Made by a program: the position numbers and the translations under genes | Assembly: GCA_963737255.1 (NCBI GenBank) | Contig: CAVTSB010000003.1 | Span: 1,255-65,254 of the forward strand | Length of the DNA stretch: 64,000 bases | Origin: an uncultured Bacteroidales bacterium | GTDB taxonomy: Bacteria > Bacteroidota > Bacteroidia > Bacteroidales > VadinHA17 | Reading direction: 5' to 3' | Shown here: positions 40,089 through 54,698 of the stretch, one piece after another | Numbering within the stretch: the first letter of the stretch is position 1 | Layout: the number at the start of each line of letters is the position of its first letter | Notes under the pieces: model-generated | Databases searched by the model: none | Told to the model about the DNA's origin: nothing | Seen by the model: the letters and a program-made list of their open reading frames with translations, nothing else

Positions 40089-41084
40089 TCAGTGAAACCA
40101 GCCCTCCTTCGAATTGTATCTCAGAACATTTCCTTTATTCTGATAATCAGAGGCATCGGTGACGAATATATCATCATTTGCCGGATTGATTCCCAGCTTA
40201 TAGAAATTGTAGCTTGAATTCTGGATAAAAACAGATGACGGCAGGGCAGATTCATTTATGTTCATTCGTCTTATCCCATTCTGAAGATAAAAAAGTGTTT
40301 CACCTGTTCTGTTGATCTGCAGGCATGTCGGGGAATCATTAATTGAAGGGAACTGAAACCTGTTTATTATTTCAAGGCTCTGGGGATTTACTGCAATCAG
40401 CTCGGCAAAGTGCTCACGCTGCCAGCCTCCGTTGCACAGAATCCAAAGTGTGCCGTTCCGGTCGAAAACCATGCTCTCCGGCTCCATTCCCACTTCGATG
40501 GAATCGATTACCGTGTTATCGGGTGTATTGATCACGAAGACCTTATTTCCTCCGGCCCAATGGGCTACAAATGCCTTTGAATTGTAGACGGAAACAGCTT
40601 CCGAAGGATGCTTCAGGGCGATGTACCCGGAAATTGTGTTTGAAGCCAGATCAAGAATTGTTATGGAATCGGAATAGAGGCTTGTAACATAAGCCTTATC
40701 GCGGTCCAATACAGAAATATATCTTGGAGCGATAAGTCCGTTAATCGTTGCTATCGATCTGAGAAAATCCCTGTCGACCACTTCTATCTTTCCCGAGTTG
40801 TTCACAACAATATACATTCTGGTTCCGGCAATCTCGGCTGAATAAGGTACATCGCCCAGTGGACGGTGGTTGACCGAGAGAAAAGCGTGGTTGAACAATT
40901 TGACCGAGTCGTATGAAAAGAAGGAGAGCGATCCGTTTCCCGATCTGAAATTGCCTTCATTTACAATGAAAACGCCCGGGCCCGACAGGAATGATTCTTC
41001 AATATCATTAATTACAGGATCGGTAAGCTTCAGACAGGAGCTCAACGAAATGAATACAGCTGCAATGATTAAAAATTTCCGCAT
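40089..41084 (-). CDS. cell-surface beta-propeller lipoprotein (YncE/DUF5074-like; BtuG-like position next to the receptor)
   Basis: It has a lipobox (SLSSC), a repetitive beta-propeller pattern, and lies immediately downstream of the riboswitch-controlled receptor. Confidence 0.55.
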   Translation of the reverse strand: MRKFLIIAAVFISLSSCLKLTDPVINDIEESFLSGPGVFIVNEGNFRSGNGSLSFFSYDSVKLFNHAFLSVNHRPLGDVPYSAEIAGTRMYIVVNNSGKIEVVDRDFLRSIATINGLIAPRYISVLDRDKAYVTSLYSDSITILDLASNTISGYIALKHPSEAVSVYNSKAFVAHWAGGNKVFVINTPDNTVIDSIEVGMEPESMVFDRNGTLWILCNGGWQREHFAELIAVNPQSLEIINRFQFPSINDSPTCLQINRTGETLFYLQNGIRRMNINESALPSSVFIQNSSYNFYKLGINPANDDIFVTDASDYQNKGNVLRYNSKEGWFH

Positions 41085-41087
41085 AAC

Positions 41088-43004
41088 TTAACTTTTAATT
41101 TGAAAAATAACCGAAAGTAAATAAGAACGTCCCGGCATCGGATACCAGGCAATATTCTGGTAACTTACATTAAACAGATTATCAACGATAATGCTCAGTT
41201 CATATGTTGTTTTTTTTGAATTTATTCTCCCTCCGAAACTGAGGTCACTCACCGCATATCCGGGAAGATAGCTTGAGTTATCAGCAGTCAGGTATCTGCG
41301 GCTGATACAGTTGGCACCGAATGAGGTATAAAGGCTTTTCCAATTTATTCTTACGATTGAACTAAACTGATTTTCAGGTATATAAATAAGCTGCCTGTCG
41401 CCTGAGTACCCTGATGCTTCCCCTGATCTTTCAGGTGTCGCTTTCGTATGGGAATAGAGTACCGTAAGCAAAGTTTTGAAATGCGACTGCGAATAAACAA
41501 GGGATACCTGTGATTCAATTCCTGCTGTACTGATTTTGGCAACATTGTCCGCAACCCAGTAGCTATTATCTCCCGGGAGCCATTGTATCATATCTGTTAT
41601 ATAGTTCCTGAAAGCGGTCAGACTGCCATTTACATTAACCGAAGAAGAGACCGGAACTGCAATTTCCCATCCTATCTCAGCCGTATACCCGTTCTCGTTT
41701 TTAAGTTCCTGATTTCCGCCCGGAGACCAGTACATATCGTTGAGTGTCGGGACTTTTGAATTTTTTGAAAAATTTGCCCGTAGAAAATAATCCTTTTCTG
41801 AGAATGGTTTGATTTCAGTTCCGGCTGAAAAATCGGGCACGAGAAACTCTTTGTCATGAAGAGTTTCCCTTATCAGTAAACGAGTTACAAGCCACCGGGT
41901 CAGCCTTGTTTCAGACGAAATGGCGAGAGATGCAGTGTTCCTGTTACGTTTTCCTGTATAGTTATTTGAATTTATGAAGTTCAGCTCGTTGTCGAGCGAG
42001 ATCTTCAATCTGGTAGTTGGGCCGATTTCAGTCAACATCCCTGTTTTAACTATAAAGCTGCGGGCACTATTCCTTGAATCGATAGAGACAAGCCTGTTTG
42101 TATAATTAAGCTTGTCTGAGATAAAAGCGCCCGTTATGTTGAAATTGGCTTTTTTGTTAAGCGATTCATAGCTGACGAGGCTGCGCACCGACAGGTCATT
42201 CTGTTTCTCGCCGGGATTAGCTGAAAGCATGCTCAGGGGGACAGGAAGATTTCTTGAGGTTTCCTGATACCAGAATCTTGTTGAAAAGATACCTTCTGAT
42301 CCCTTAAAATAGAGCTCCTGAATAAATCCCCTCTGGCTTACCTGACTGTTTTTCCGTCTTTCAATAACAGGTTCCGTACCAGCCAGATTATTCACAAAAG
42401 GAAAGTTGTTTTCTGCAGAGTTCAAAAATCCCCTGGTTATGGATTGAAATCCCGAATTACCCGTTTTTACTTTGACCAGTCCTGAATATCTTCCGAAACT
42501 TCCCAGGCCAGGATTTATAAAAAGGACGTCTTCCTTCTTCCAGTCAGGTTTTGTTTCAAGATTTATTATTCCGCCAAAACCGCCACCGCTGATATCCATC
42601 GATCCCCCACCGTATGAGACCTCAACTGCATCGGCAAATCCTGCCGGAACCAGCGACAGGTCGAATTGTCCGAGCATAGGATTATTAATATTTATTTCGT
42701 TCCAGACTATCCTGGTATGACCCGGTCCTGTACCTCTGAAAGATGGAGTCGCAATCCCGCCTGAACCATATGATTTGACAAACAAAGATGTTCTTTTCGA
42801 AAGCAGGTCAGCAATTGTCCGGTGGGTGTATTCGCTTAAAACGGCAGAATCAAGACGGATCGACCTGAAGCCGGCTGAAGGATGTCCATTCTCTTTTGCA
42901 GAGATCAAAACCTCCCTGATCACGATCGTGTCGTTCCGGAACATATCCTGTGCCTGCAGGCTTGCAGTGAATAAAAGGGCAGTATAAAAAATGGCAGTTC
43001 TCAA
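41088..43004 (-). CDS. btuB: TonB-dependent receptor (BtuB-like)
   Basis: A signal peptide, a plug region and a long beta-barrel pattern are present. It is the first gene after the cobalamin riboswitch. Confidence 0.8.
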   Translation of the reverse strand: MRTAIFYTALLFTASLQAQDMFRNDTIVIREVLISAKENGHPSAGFRSIRLDSAVLSEYTHRTIADLLSKRTSLFVKSYGSGGIATPSFRGTGPGHTRIVWNEININNPMLGQFDLSLVPAGFADAVEVSYGGGSMDISGGGFGGIINLETKPDWKKEDVLFINPGLGSFGRYSGLVKVKTGNSGFQSITRGFLNSAENNFPFVNNLAGTEPVIERRKNSQVSQRGFIQELYFKGSEGIFSTRFWYQETSRNLPVPLSMLSANPGEKQNDLSVRSLVSYESLNKKANFNITGAFISDKLNYTNRLVSIDSRNSARSFIVKTGMLTEIGPTTRLKISLDNELNFINSNNYTGKRNRNTASLAISSETRLTRWLVTRLLIRETLHDKEFLVPDFSAGTEIKPFSEKDYFLRANFSKNSKVPTLNDMYWSPGGNQELKNENGYTAEIGWEIAVPVSSSVNVNGSLTAFRNYITDMIQWLPGDNSYWVADNVAKISTAGIESQVSLVYSQSHFKTLLTVLYSHTKATPERSGEASGYSGDRQLIYIPENQFSSIVRINWKSLYTSFGANCISRRYLTADNSSYLPGYAVSDLSFGGRINSKKTTYELSIIVDNLFNVSYQNIAWYPMPGRSYLLSVIFQIKS

Positions 43005-43089
43005 TTACACACTTCATTTTATGCTGCCGGGAAAAGTAAGATCAGGGAATCTTTGAATGATTCTGCGCTTTTCTTCCCGAAAGCATTGA

Positions 43090-43262
43090 ACTAATAGCTT
43101 GTCTGGCAGGTCTTCTGACTTGTCCCGGTTTTAAGAAGCCTTCCCATCCCTGACTATGGAACAGTGGCAGGTATTTCTTGAAACCATCGTCGTTTAAACG
43201 ACCGGGCATCACAGCAGCGGGTACTGTCGCGGATTCATACCGCATTCCCTTTTCACTACAAT
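43090..43262 (-). promoter_or_regulatory. cobalamin (B12) riboswitch
   Basis: The minus strand reads AAAAGGGAATGCGGTATGAATCCGCGACAGTACCCGCTGCTGTGA...CCTGCCACTG...GGGATGGGAAGGC...CAGAAGACCTGCC. The B12-box GCCACTG and the flanking conserved blocks are present. Confidence 0.85.
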
Positions 43263-43467
43263 GATTTTATTTCATTGTAAAACCAATACAGGGCAAAGGT
43301 AATGGAATTTCAAATAGATCTATATCGAGATATTAACAATTTATTAATCGTTAAGTTGCAGGTTGCCAGCCTTCGCTACCTCCTTCGCTAAAGCTACGGA
43401 GGTCAAAGAAAGCTACGGCTGGTAAAACTGGTTGAAGGTTGCTGGTTAATCTGCACATGCAACTTAA

Positions 43468-46091
43468 TTATTCTATGTTCTTGAGGATCTGCTCCCCTAT
43501 CCCTATTCTGTATCCTGATGACCTGTAGATGATATTGCCGTTTTTGTCCACAAGGATAATATAGGGGAAGCTGATGCCGGAGCCGTCATTGCTGATTGTT
43601 TTCAGTATTTCCAGATTTTTGTCATATACCGGCCTCTGAGCTCTCAGGCAATCCTTTGTAGTTCTCCGGTTTAAACTCACTTCCTGAAACCCGCTGATCG
43701 ACGAGGAAAATAAAGCCTCCTCCCCAGGAATCAAGTTCTTTTTTAAGCAGGGGCAGATCGTTAAGAACATGCTTTGTCGGTTCTTTTTCAGGCTCAAGCC
43801 ATGCCATGACCACTCCTTTATCCAGGATCTTGTCTGCCAGCGATTCCCGGACCGGTATCATTTCCATTACTTTCTTAAGGTCGAGTCTGCCGCTTATTTC
43901 AGGGGGCATATTGTCTTTTCTCAAGTTTACTTCGATGGAGAGGTGCTGGTTTTCCTTCAGATCAAAAAATGAAATATCCGAAAGTATCTTGTTATCATTG
44001 AGCCTGTTACCTGTTACGAGCATATAATGTCCCGGAACCAGTTGAAGCTCTTCCCTGAAATCGGTTATCCGCCTGTTAAATTCATAGTCGAGAGTATTGT
44101 ACCTTCCGTTTTTAAAATGAGCTATTGTAAAATGTATATGGTACTCAGGAACAGGATTTGATTCGGCGGAAAATATCCTGAGATATCCTTTCGGTCCGGA
44201 TGGCCTTTTTTCGGATGCGAAATAGACGTCGTTCCATTTCTGATCAAAGTAATACTGGGGAATATTGCTTCCCGGTTCGAGTCGTGAAGGTATGCCCAGC
44301 GTCCGGCAAAGCGCAACAAAATAGATCGAACGTGATTTTGTGTCTGAAACTTTTAACTGATGGACACCTCCGGGTGTAAGCGGAGTTTTATAGTAGTTTG
44401 CGGCATCTTCGATGGTAATATTTTTGTCAACATAATCCCTGATAACTTCGGGATTGCTCCCTGCTTCCTTTACCAGTTCAGGGGGAAGCCCGTTAAGAAG
44501 AAATCCCCGCCACCCTGTCAGGAGTTCGTCTGATACCCTGGGATTAAGAATGTATCTGACAAACAATTCATTATTGGTACCCATGTCCGGCAGGGTCATT
44601 ACATTCTCAAGATGATCGTTAAGCACCGGAATCTTTGTATCCCTGAGGTCCTTGTCGGCAATTACTCCAAGCAGGGCGAGGGCAAGTTTCCGCCTGGCCG
44701 CAGGTGCATTGGAAAGAAAGGAGGCAATTGTTGTGTAATTGCCCATACTCCTGGTAATCAGATCGCCAATAAGTGCCGTATCCGCATTAATCTGACGGGC
44801 AAGGGAGTAAGCTTTTTCAGGTTTCATCCAGGTATCAACGTATGCCTGCCTTATCTGGTTTTCAGAATTTATGCGTTCCGTGTTCCCTGCAGCAAGATCA
44901 GCTGACGGGGCATCGAACGGAGTGCGGAGGACTGGAACCTTAAGGTCGTATTCCTCTCTGTAGGTCCCTTGCGGCACCCGGTCGAGCTTCAGAGTAACCG
45001 TATCAATATCGGCAACTGATATTTTTGCAAAACTGAAATCATCACCCTTCCTGGCCCATACAACCAGATCCCCAAGTCCTGTTTCAAAGCTGCTGACTCC
45101 CTCATTATTCACCGGTACTGTTGCAATTGGGTAAAACTCGGCATAATTATAAAGCTGGTACTCGACCAGGGCACCTGTGGCAGGTAATCCTTCCCGGTCA
45201 AGGACCTTTGTGAAAATCTTTTTTGTTACGGCATATTTTGAAGTGTTATTGATCTCGGAATAATCCCTGTATTGATTAATAACATTTTCAGTTCCTGTTG
45301 AAGCCCCGAATGATTTGGTATGAACAAGCATTGCCCGTCGTGCCGGTTCGGTAAACCAGCCAAGGTCGAGGACAGGTTCCGGCTCACAGGCACCCATATA
45401 ATACCACTGCCCGTCAATCCATATTTCAACCCAGGCGTGGTTATCGTCAGTGTGCGCCCACCGCGGTGTATAGACCTGGCGCGCAGGAATTCCCGCGGTA
45501 CGGAGAGCGCTTACTGTAAAGGTTGATTCCTCGCCGCATCGTCCTCGGGCTGAAAGGATTGTACTCAGAGGTGCTGAAGTCCTGCTGTCGGACGGCTGAT
45601 AAGTAACTTTTTCGTGGCACCAGTGGTTTATTTCAATAGCTGCCTGCTCCATTTCCATTCCCCTGATCCTTTCTCTAATTTCATCATAAAAGACTATTCG
45701 GAATGAATCAAGGTTTTCATTGTTGACCCTGCAGGGCAGAACATAATGGAGGAATATATCCCATGGGATTTTTCTGCCCCATGGTGATTCATTTCGTGCT
45801 GCGAATTGCCACATCGGTATTTGCCAGGAAGAATTCTCCGGAATAGTCGGCAAGGTCGCTTAACGGCATAAATGCAAAAAGGAACTTCAGCGCCTCAGTC
45901 TGTGAAGCCGTCAGGTCACGGTTAAAAACTTCAAACAGCTCTTCCTTACGGTTTGAAGCCAGCCTCTGCTTTTCAGCAAAAACCGATTCAACGGTACCAT
46001 GGTATTCCTTATCTGTTATCAGCTGTTGCTCCGAGCATCCTGCTGCAAAGAAAAAAGTAAGAATTATCAGAATGCTCTCAGGAACCTTCAT
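43468..46091 (-). pseudogene. transglutaminase-like domain protein with C-terminal thioredoxin-like region, at least 2 frameshifts as assembled
   Basis: The pieces are 45789..46091 (signal and lipobox AAGC), 43622..45853 (core GRCGEES...HAWVEIWIDGQWYYMGACEPEP) and 43468..43797. Confidence 0.7.
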
Positions 46092-46102
46092 TAACAGTTA
46101 AT

Positions 46103-47137
46103 CTAAATTGTACCGCAGGAACTCCTTACAATAAGGTCGGGAGTAATATTAACCTGCCGCTTGTACTTGCTCTTTCCGGAGTTCCTGACCTCAGACCAGA
46201 TCATATTAGCCACTTTGAGGGCCATTCCGGTAAGCGGCTTTCTCAGGCATGTAACCGGAGAGGAAAGAATGTCAAAGCCTATGCCCTCCTCCATCGAGAT
46301 CAGCGCTATATCCTGAGGGATCCTTATCTTCTTCCTGTTGAGCATCGCCATTACCCTGTAAACAAGTCCGGCATGCATAATTATCATTATATCGGCCCGG
46401 TAAGGCGGGCGCATGAATTTCTCAATTTCTCCCAGTTCGGGGTCATTTCCATTGATCTGGTGGTCAAATTCCACAACAACCGGTTTATTAATACCCGGTT
46501 TGGCCGCCAGGGCATCCTTGAGTATCTCTATTGCAGGAGCATCCCTCAAAGTGCAGCCCCGCTCAGTAACCAGCAAAACGTTTTTGTAACCGAGTTTATC
46601 GATATGGTCGGCAACGCGTCTTGACCCTTCAGTAAGATCGGTACAGACCGTGTTGAGTCTGAGTATTTTTATTGATTTTTCAAGCATTACAAAAGGGTAA
46701 CCAGATGTCCTCAGGGCACGTATAGTATAATCATCGGCAGCTTCCCCCACAAGAATAAGACCGCTGTAGAATTTCTTAAAAGCTCCGACAAGCCTGTTGT
46801 ACCTTCCGTCGTCAGGATCCTTTGTAATAATCGAAAAGCCTACTCCAATGCTTGCGAAAGCCTTCTGGAGAAAGGGAGTGATCTCGTACACAAACGGATC
46901 ATGAAGAGATGGCACGATCATACCTATCACTCCGGGTTTTTCCTCAACCGGCAAAATTTCATGTTTGTCTTTCTGAAGCTCAAAATACCCCATCTGCCTG
47001 GCGAGGGCAAGGACTCTTTCCTGGGTATCTTTTCTGATACCATGCTGGTCAGCTTTATTGTTTAAAACAAGTGAGACCAATGTACTTGAAACATTTAACC
47101 TTTCAGCTAAATCTTTGTTCTTAACTTTTTTCCCCAT
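46103..47137 (-). CDS. LacI family transcriptional regulator
   Basis: The HTH reads KDLAERLNVSSTLVSLVLNNK, followed by a periplasmic-binding-like fold. The likely start is MGKKVKNK. Confidence 0.85.
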   Translation of the reverse strand: MGKKVKNKDLAERLNVSSTLVSLVLNNKADQHGIRKDTQERVLALARQMGYFELQKDKHEILPVEEKPGVIGMIVPSLHDPFVYEITPFLQKAFASIGVGFSIITKDPDDGRYNRLVGAFKKFYSGLILVGEAADDYTIRALRTSGYPFVMLEKSIKILRLNTVCTDLTEGSRRVADHIDKLGYKNVLLVTERGCTLRDAPAIEILKDALAAKPGINKPVVVEFDHQINGNDPELGEIEKFMRPPYRADIMIIMHAGLVYRVMAMLNRKKIRIPQDIALISMEEGIGFDILSSPVTCLRKPLTGMALKVANMIWSEVRNSGKSKYKRQVNITPDLIVRSSCGTI

Positions 47138-47301
47138 TTCCCCTAAAAATTTGAATCCTAATTTATAACAATTTTTAAATGCAATATACCTTAATAACAT
47201 AATTATTAAGATAATTTAACATTCAACGCTGAAAAACACAGGAACGGGCCTTCTAAACTTAAAATCAGGTTGGCCCTATCCTTTCAGGGGATATTGAAAT
47301 T

Positions 47302-49269
47302 TTACCTTTTTGCGGGTTGAATTCCTCTTTGTTTAGCTGCTTCCTCAAGCCGTTGCTGCCATTTGGATTTCTTTAGCGGTTTTTTCCTGTTTTCCTCGAG
47401 TGTTGCAAGCAGTTTCTTCTGATCGATAAATCTCTTTGAAATGTAGTTTTGCAGCAAGGAAAGAACGTTGGCAAGAAAATAATAGTAAGTCAGCCCTGAT
47501 GAGAAATTGTTAAGCATGACCATGAACATGACGGGCATCATGTACATCATCATTTTCATCCCCGGCTGATCCTGGCCTGCCGACGAACCTGAAAATTTAG
47601 TTGCCAGGACCGTGGATGCAGTCATAAGAAGAGTCCAGAGACTCACGTGGCTTCCGTATATGGGTATATTAAATGGCAGAGTCAATATGGAATCATATGT
47701 TGAAAGATCGGTTGCCCACAGGAAAGGTTCCTGTCGCAACTCAATCGAAACCGGGAAGAACCTGAACATTGCAAATAATATTGGCATCTGAAGCAGCATG
47801 GGAAGACATCCTCCCATGGGGTTAACGCCGGCCCTTTTATAAAGATCCATGGTTGCCTGCTGCTTTTTCATGGCATCTTCCTTTTTAGGATATTTGCTTC
47901 CCAGCTCATCAACCAACGGTTTCAACACCTGCATCTTTGCCTGCGAATTGTACGATTTAAGGGTCAGAGGCAATAATATTAGCTTTATAATGATAGTAAG
48001 AAGAAGAATTATGAGGCCGTAACTTGTAATATATTTTTCAAGCCAGTTAAAAACCGGAATAATTATAAACCTGTTTATCCACCCAATAATATTTTTCCCG
48101 AGGAAAACGAGCTGGTCGAGTTCCAGTCCCTCCTTGCGCAAGGTCGAAATATGATTCGGGCCATAGTATAATTTCATGCTTACAGGTGCAGACGGCCCTG
48201 AAGCGAACGGGACTCCTGCTTCAGCTGTAAAATACCTTGTATACTTTTCGGATGCGACAGTTTTTGTTGAAGTGACAAGTCCGTTCAGAAAGAATTCATC
48301 GGTTATGAGAACTGAAGAAAAGAACTGATCCTGAAAGGCAATCCAGCTCAGCTTCGTTGTAATATCGACTGTCTCGGTCTCTTTTTGCGATCTTAATCTG
48401 AGCCCATCAACTTCATCCTGGTAGTATTTATATTTTATAGTTGTGTAGCTGTCTTCGTTCTGCCTCCCCTTCTCCTGCTGCGGTATATACATCTTCCAGT
48501 CGAATGTCAGGCTGTTCAGATTTGATGCGACGACATCTTCCATTGATTTGAAAATGACATCAAAATCCACCATATATTTATCAGGCTCAAGCGTATATTT
48601 ATACTCAATATATTTCTCTTCGCCGGCCATAAGTCTGAGACTTACGCTTTCGGGTTGTGATGTTACGCTGAAAGAGCGATTTTCAGAAACAGGCGTAAAA
48701 TAGAGGTTATTTGTCTCAATCGCTTTATTATCAGAGGTATAAAATTTAAATCCAAAGACCGTTGAGTCGCCTGAGAATAATACCAGGGGAAGGGAATCGT
48801 GTGTACGGTAATCCTTTAATCGCGCGGAGTATACCCTGCCGCCTTTTGGCGAGATCTTGAGTTCCAGCTTATTGTTTTCCAGAGTTATCAAACCGGAATC
48901 ACCGGTGGAAGAACCGCCAAAAACTCCAAAACGGCTTGAGTCGGGTTGTGCGCTGGCAACTGCCTGTACAGATTGTTCACCCTCGACCGGAGCAACAACA
49001 AGTGAATCTGATTTTTGAGCGGCAGGAACAAGACCCAGCAGATTATTCAATTCATTGATTCTTGCAACCGTTTCCGGCTCATTTGGTTTAAATCGCAGGG
49101 CATTCATATATTCAGCCCTGGCATTTTCCATATCGCCCCTGGCGTACAACGAATCTGCCTTTTCAATTACCGCCTCATACGATTTATTTAATTTGCTGCT
49201 GTTATATACGCTAAATCCTATAAAGATCAGAAATATCAGAATTATACCAATTATCGTGTTTTTATCCAT
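47302..49269 (-). CDS. yidC: membrane protein insertase YidC
   Basis: It has a long periplasmic domain and the conserved core MQVLKPLVDEL...LYKRAGVNPMGGCLPMLLQMPILFAMF. Confidence 0.9.
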   Translation of the reverse strand: MDKNTIIGIILIFLIFIGFSVYNSSKLNKSYEAVIEKADSLYARGDMENARAEYMNALRFKPNEPETVARINELNNLLGLVPAAQKSDSLVVAPVEGEQSVQAVASAQPDSSRFGVFGGSSTGDSGLITLENNKLELKISPKGGRVYSARLKDYRTHDSLPLVLFSGDSTVFGFKFYTSDNKAIETNNLYFTPVSENRSFSVTSQPESVSLRLMAGEEKYIEYKYTLEPDKYMVDFDVIFKSMEDVVASNLNSLTFDWKMYIPQQEKGRQNEDSYTTIKYKYYQDEVDGLRLRSQKETETVDITTKLSWIAFQDQFFSSVLITDEFFLNGLVTSTKTVASEKYTRYFTAEAGVPFASGPSAPVSMKLYYGPNHISTLRKEGLELDQLVFLGKNIIGWINRFIIIPVFNWLEKYITSYGLIILLLTIIIKLILLPLTLKSYNSQAKMQVLKPLVDELGSKYPKKEDAMKKQQATMDLYKRAGVNPMGGCLPMLLQMPILFAMFRFFPVSIELRQEPFLWATDLSTYDSILTLPFNIPIYGSHVSLWTLLMTASTVLATKFSGSSAGQDQPGMKMMMYMMPVMFMVMLNNFSSGLTYYYFLANVLSLLQNYISKRFIDQKKLLATLEENRKKPLKKSKWQQRLEEAAKQRGIQPAKR

Positions 49270-49306
49270 CTATAAGAAAATATTGAATGAGTATATGTTG
49301 TCAAAG

Positions 49307-52937
<3,631 letters not shown>

Positions 52938-53225
52938 ATTCAATCCTTTATGGTTCAATAGCTTTATGAACTTAAAACTCCATGACAATCCATGGATTTT
53001 TAAGAGTACGAAATTATCGAATTATTTATAAAAACTCAAGTTTTACCATAAATTAAAATGATTATCAATTATTAAGCCTTCATTGAGGAAAATAAATGCG
53101 TAACAAGAGTCTTTGAAAGGAGAGTTGAAAACAGAGTTGAAAATCATATATTGATTATATTTACTTTCTGAAGATTTGAATTTTTCCGGAAATAAAAAAC
53201 CTAATCCGGACTAATATTTAATGAG

Positions 53226-53399
53226 ATGGATCAGAAAGAAATAATAATTCTTGTTGCAGTTCTTGTTTTCGTAGCTGTTCGGTTATATCAGAAGTATGCA
53301 AAGAAGGGCAAGGGTGTAAAAGGCACCAGGGAAACCACTTCTTCAAGCTTTTCCCAGTCGGCAGGTGAGGATGATTATGAGCCTTATTCGAAAAAGTAG
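53226..53399 (+). CDS. 57-aa single-TM small protein (hypothetical; not in ORF track)
   Basis: I translated MDQKEIIILVAVLVFVAVRLYQKYAKKGKGVKGTRETTSSSFSQSAGEDDYEPYSKK myself. It has one hydrophobic helix and a charged tail. Confidence 0.3.
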   Translation: MDQKEIIILVAVLVFVAVRLYQKYAKKGKGVKGTRETTSSSFSQSAGEDDYEPYSKK

Positions 53400-53400
53400 A

Positions 53401-54690
53401 TCAGCTTCGGTTCCTCGAAATCAGGTAACGGAACGGATTAAAGATCTTCTGCAGCAGACGCAGGTCATCTGTGATTATCTCTGCGGTGCCCTGCATATTC
53501 TGGGTGAAGTCAAGCTTATTACCGTACAGTGTGGTCAGTCCCGACGGAAAATTAAGCTCTATAATATAGGTGTCGCCTGATGGAACAAGGGACTTTGATT
53601 TTACAACACCTTTTATCATGCCATATTCAAGATACGGGTAACCGCTCAGTTTGATATTGACTTCCTGTCCGGGTCTGACTTTCCCGGAGCGGTTCATCTT
53701 CAGATTTATCCTTCCGACAAAATCACCGGTAACAACCGGAACAATACTCATTACCGGCTCGTCTCTGTTAACAGTCTGGTTTTCGCTCCAGAATTTAGTA
53801 AATGTCACGACGCCGCTGAATCGTGCAACAAGCAGATAGGTGTTTTCCCACATCTTCAGCTGGGCTTTAAGGTTCAGGAAAGATTCGCTGAGCACTGAAT
53901 TGTATTTTTCCCCCTCCTCCAGCTTTTTTATCCTGTAATCCTGGAGAAGCTGCCTCTTCTCGGCAAGTTCGATTGATTTTGCCGAATGATCGAGGCGTAC
54001 CTGCTGGAGTTCGATATTAATCCTGATAAGCGACTGGCGCGATTTTTCAAGTTCACTTTCGGAAAATACCCCGCTTTCGTGAAGCAATGAATCCCGACGG
54101 TACTTTCTGGCTTCCAGCGTCTGGTTCTCCGCATATAATTTCTCCTTTACCTTTACCCTGCCTATGTAGGCAAGTATGCCGTCTATTTCGTCGGTAATGG
54201 AGTTGGCCTTATTGCCGTAGAAATCATTGATGTTGTAATTATTGTAATCTGAGAGAGCTTTCCGGAAGGTACCCCAGAATCCCTGAATTTCTCCCAGTTC
54301 AGTAAATTCAGGCAGATCAGGTGGCAGGAGCGAACCCGGATTTTTTAGAGTGTCAATGAAGGACCGTAGTTTTTCAATTTCACTGACTGATGCTGCAGTC
54401 TCCATGACGGCCAATAATTTACCCTCATTTACAATTTCCTTGTCCTTCACATAAAGGTTCTGAATCTGACCCGTAACTTTGGATAAAAGGGTAACAGGTG
54501 GATTGACTGTTGTAATTTCCACAGGAGCAGGTATGGTATCGGGATATTTTATCAGCCACGCAAAAAATATAAGCACTGCAAAAACAAGAAGTATTATTGT
54601 ATTGCCACATCTTACAATCTTTGCCGGGGTATGCCCCATTATTTCATTTACCGGTTCAGAGTAGATTATATCGCTTTTCTTTTCATCCAT
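53401..54690 (-). CDS. HlyD family secretion (membrane fusion) protein
   Basis: It has an N-terminal TM segment, a long coiled coil and a beta-barrel C-terminus. It lies immediately downstream of the peptidase-ABC exporter. Confidence 0.8.
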   Translation of the reverse strand: MDEKKSDIIYSEPVNEIMGHTPAKIVRCGNTIILLVFAVLIFFAWLIKYPDTIPAPVEITTVNPPVTLLSKVTGQIQNLYVKDKEIVNEGKLLAVMETAASVSEIEKLRSFIDTLKNPGSLLPPDLPEFTELGEIQGFWGTFRKALSDYNNYNINDFYGNKANSITDEIDGILAYIGRVKVKEKLYAENQTLEARKYRRDSLLHESGVFSESELEKSRQSLIRINIELQQVRLDHSAKSIELAEKRQLLQDYRIKKLEEGEKYNSVLSESFLNLKAQLKMWENTYLLVARFSGVVTFTKFWSENQTVNRDEPVMSIVPVVTGDFVGRINLKMNRSGKVRPGQEVNIKLSGYPYLEYGMIKGVVKSKSLVPSGDTYIIELNFPSGLTTLYGNKLDFTQNMQGTAEIITDDLRLLQKIFNPFRYLISRNRS

Positions 54691-54698
54691 ACTCAGGT

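Noticed and set aside
43042-43245. ORF 43042..43245 (67 aa)
   Set aside because: It coincides with the cobalamin riboswitch, and the conserved RNA blocks explain the sequence.
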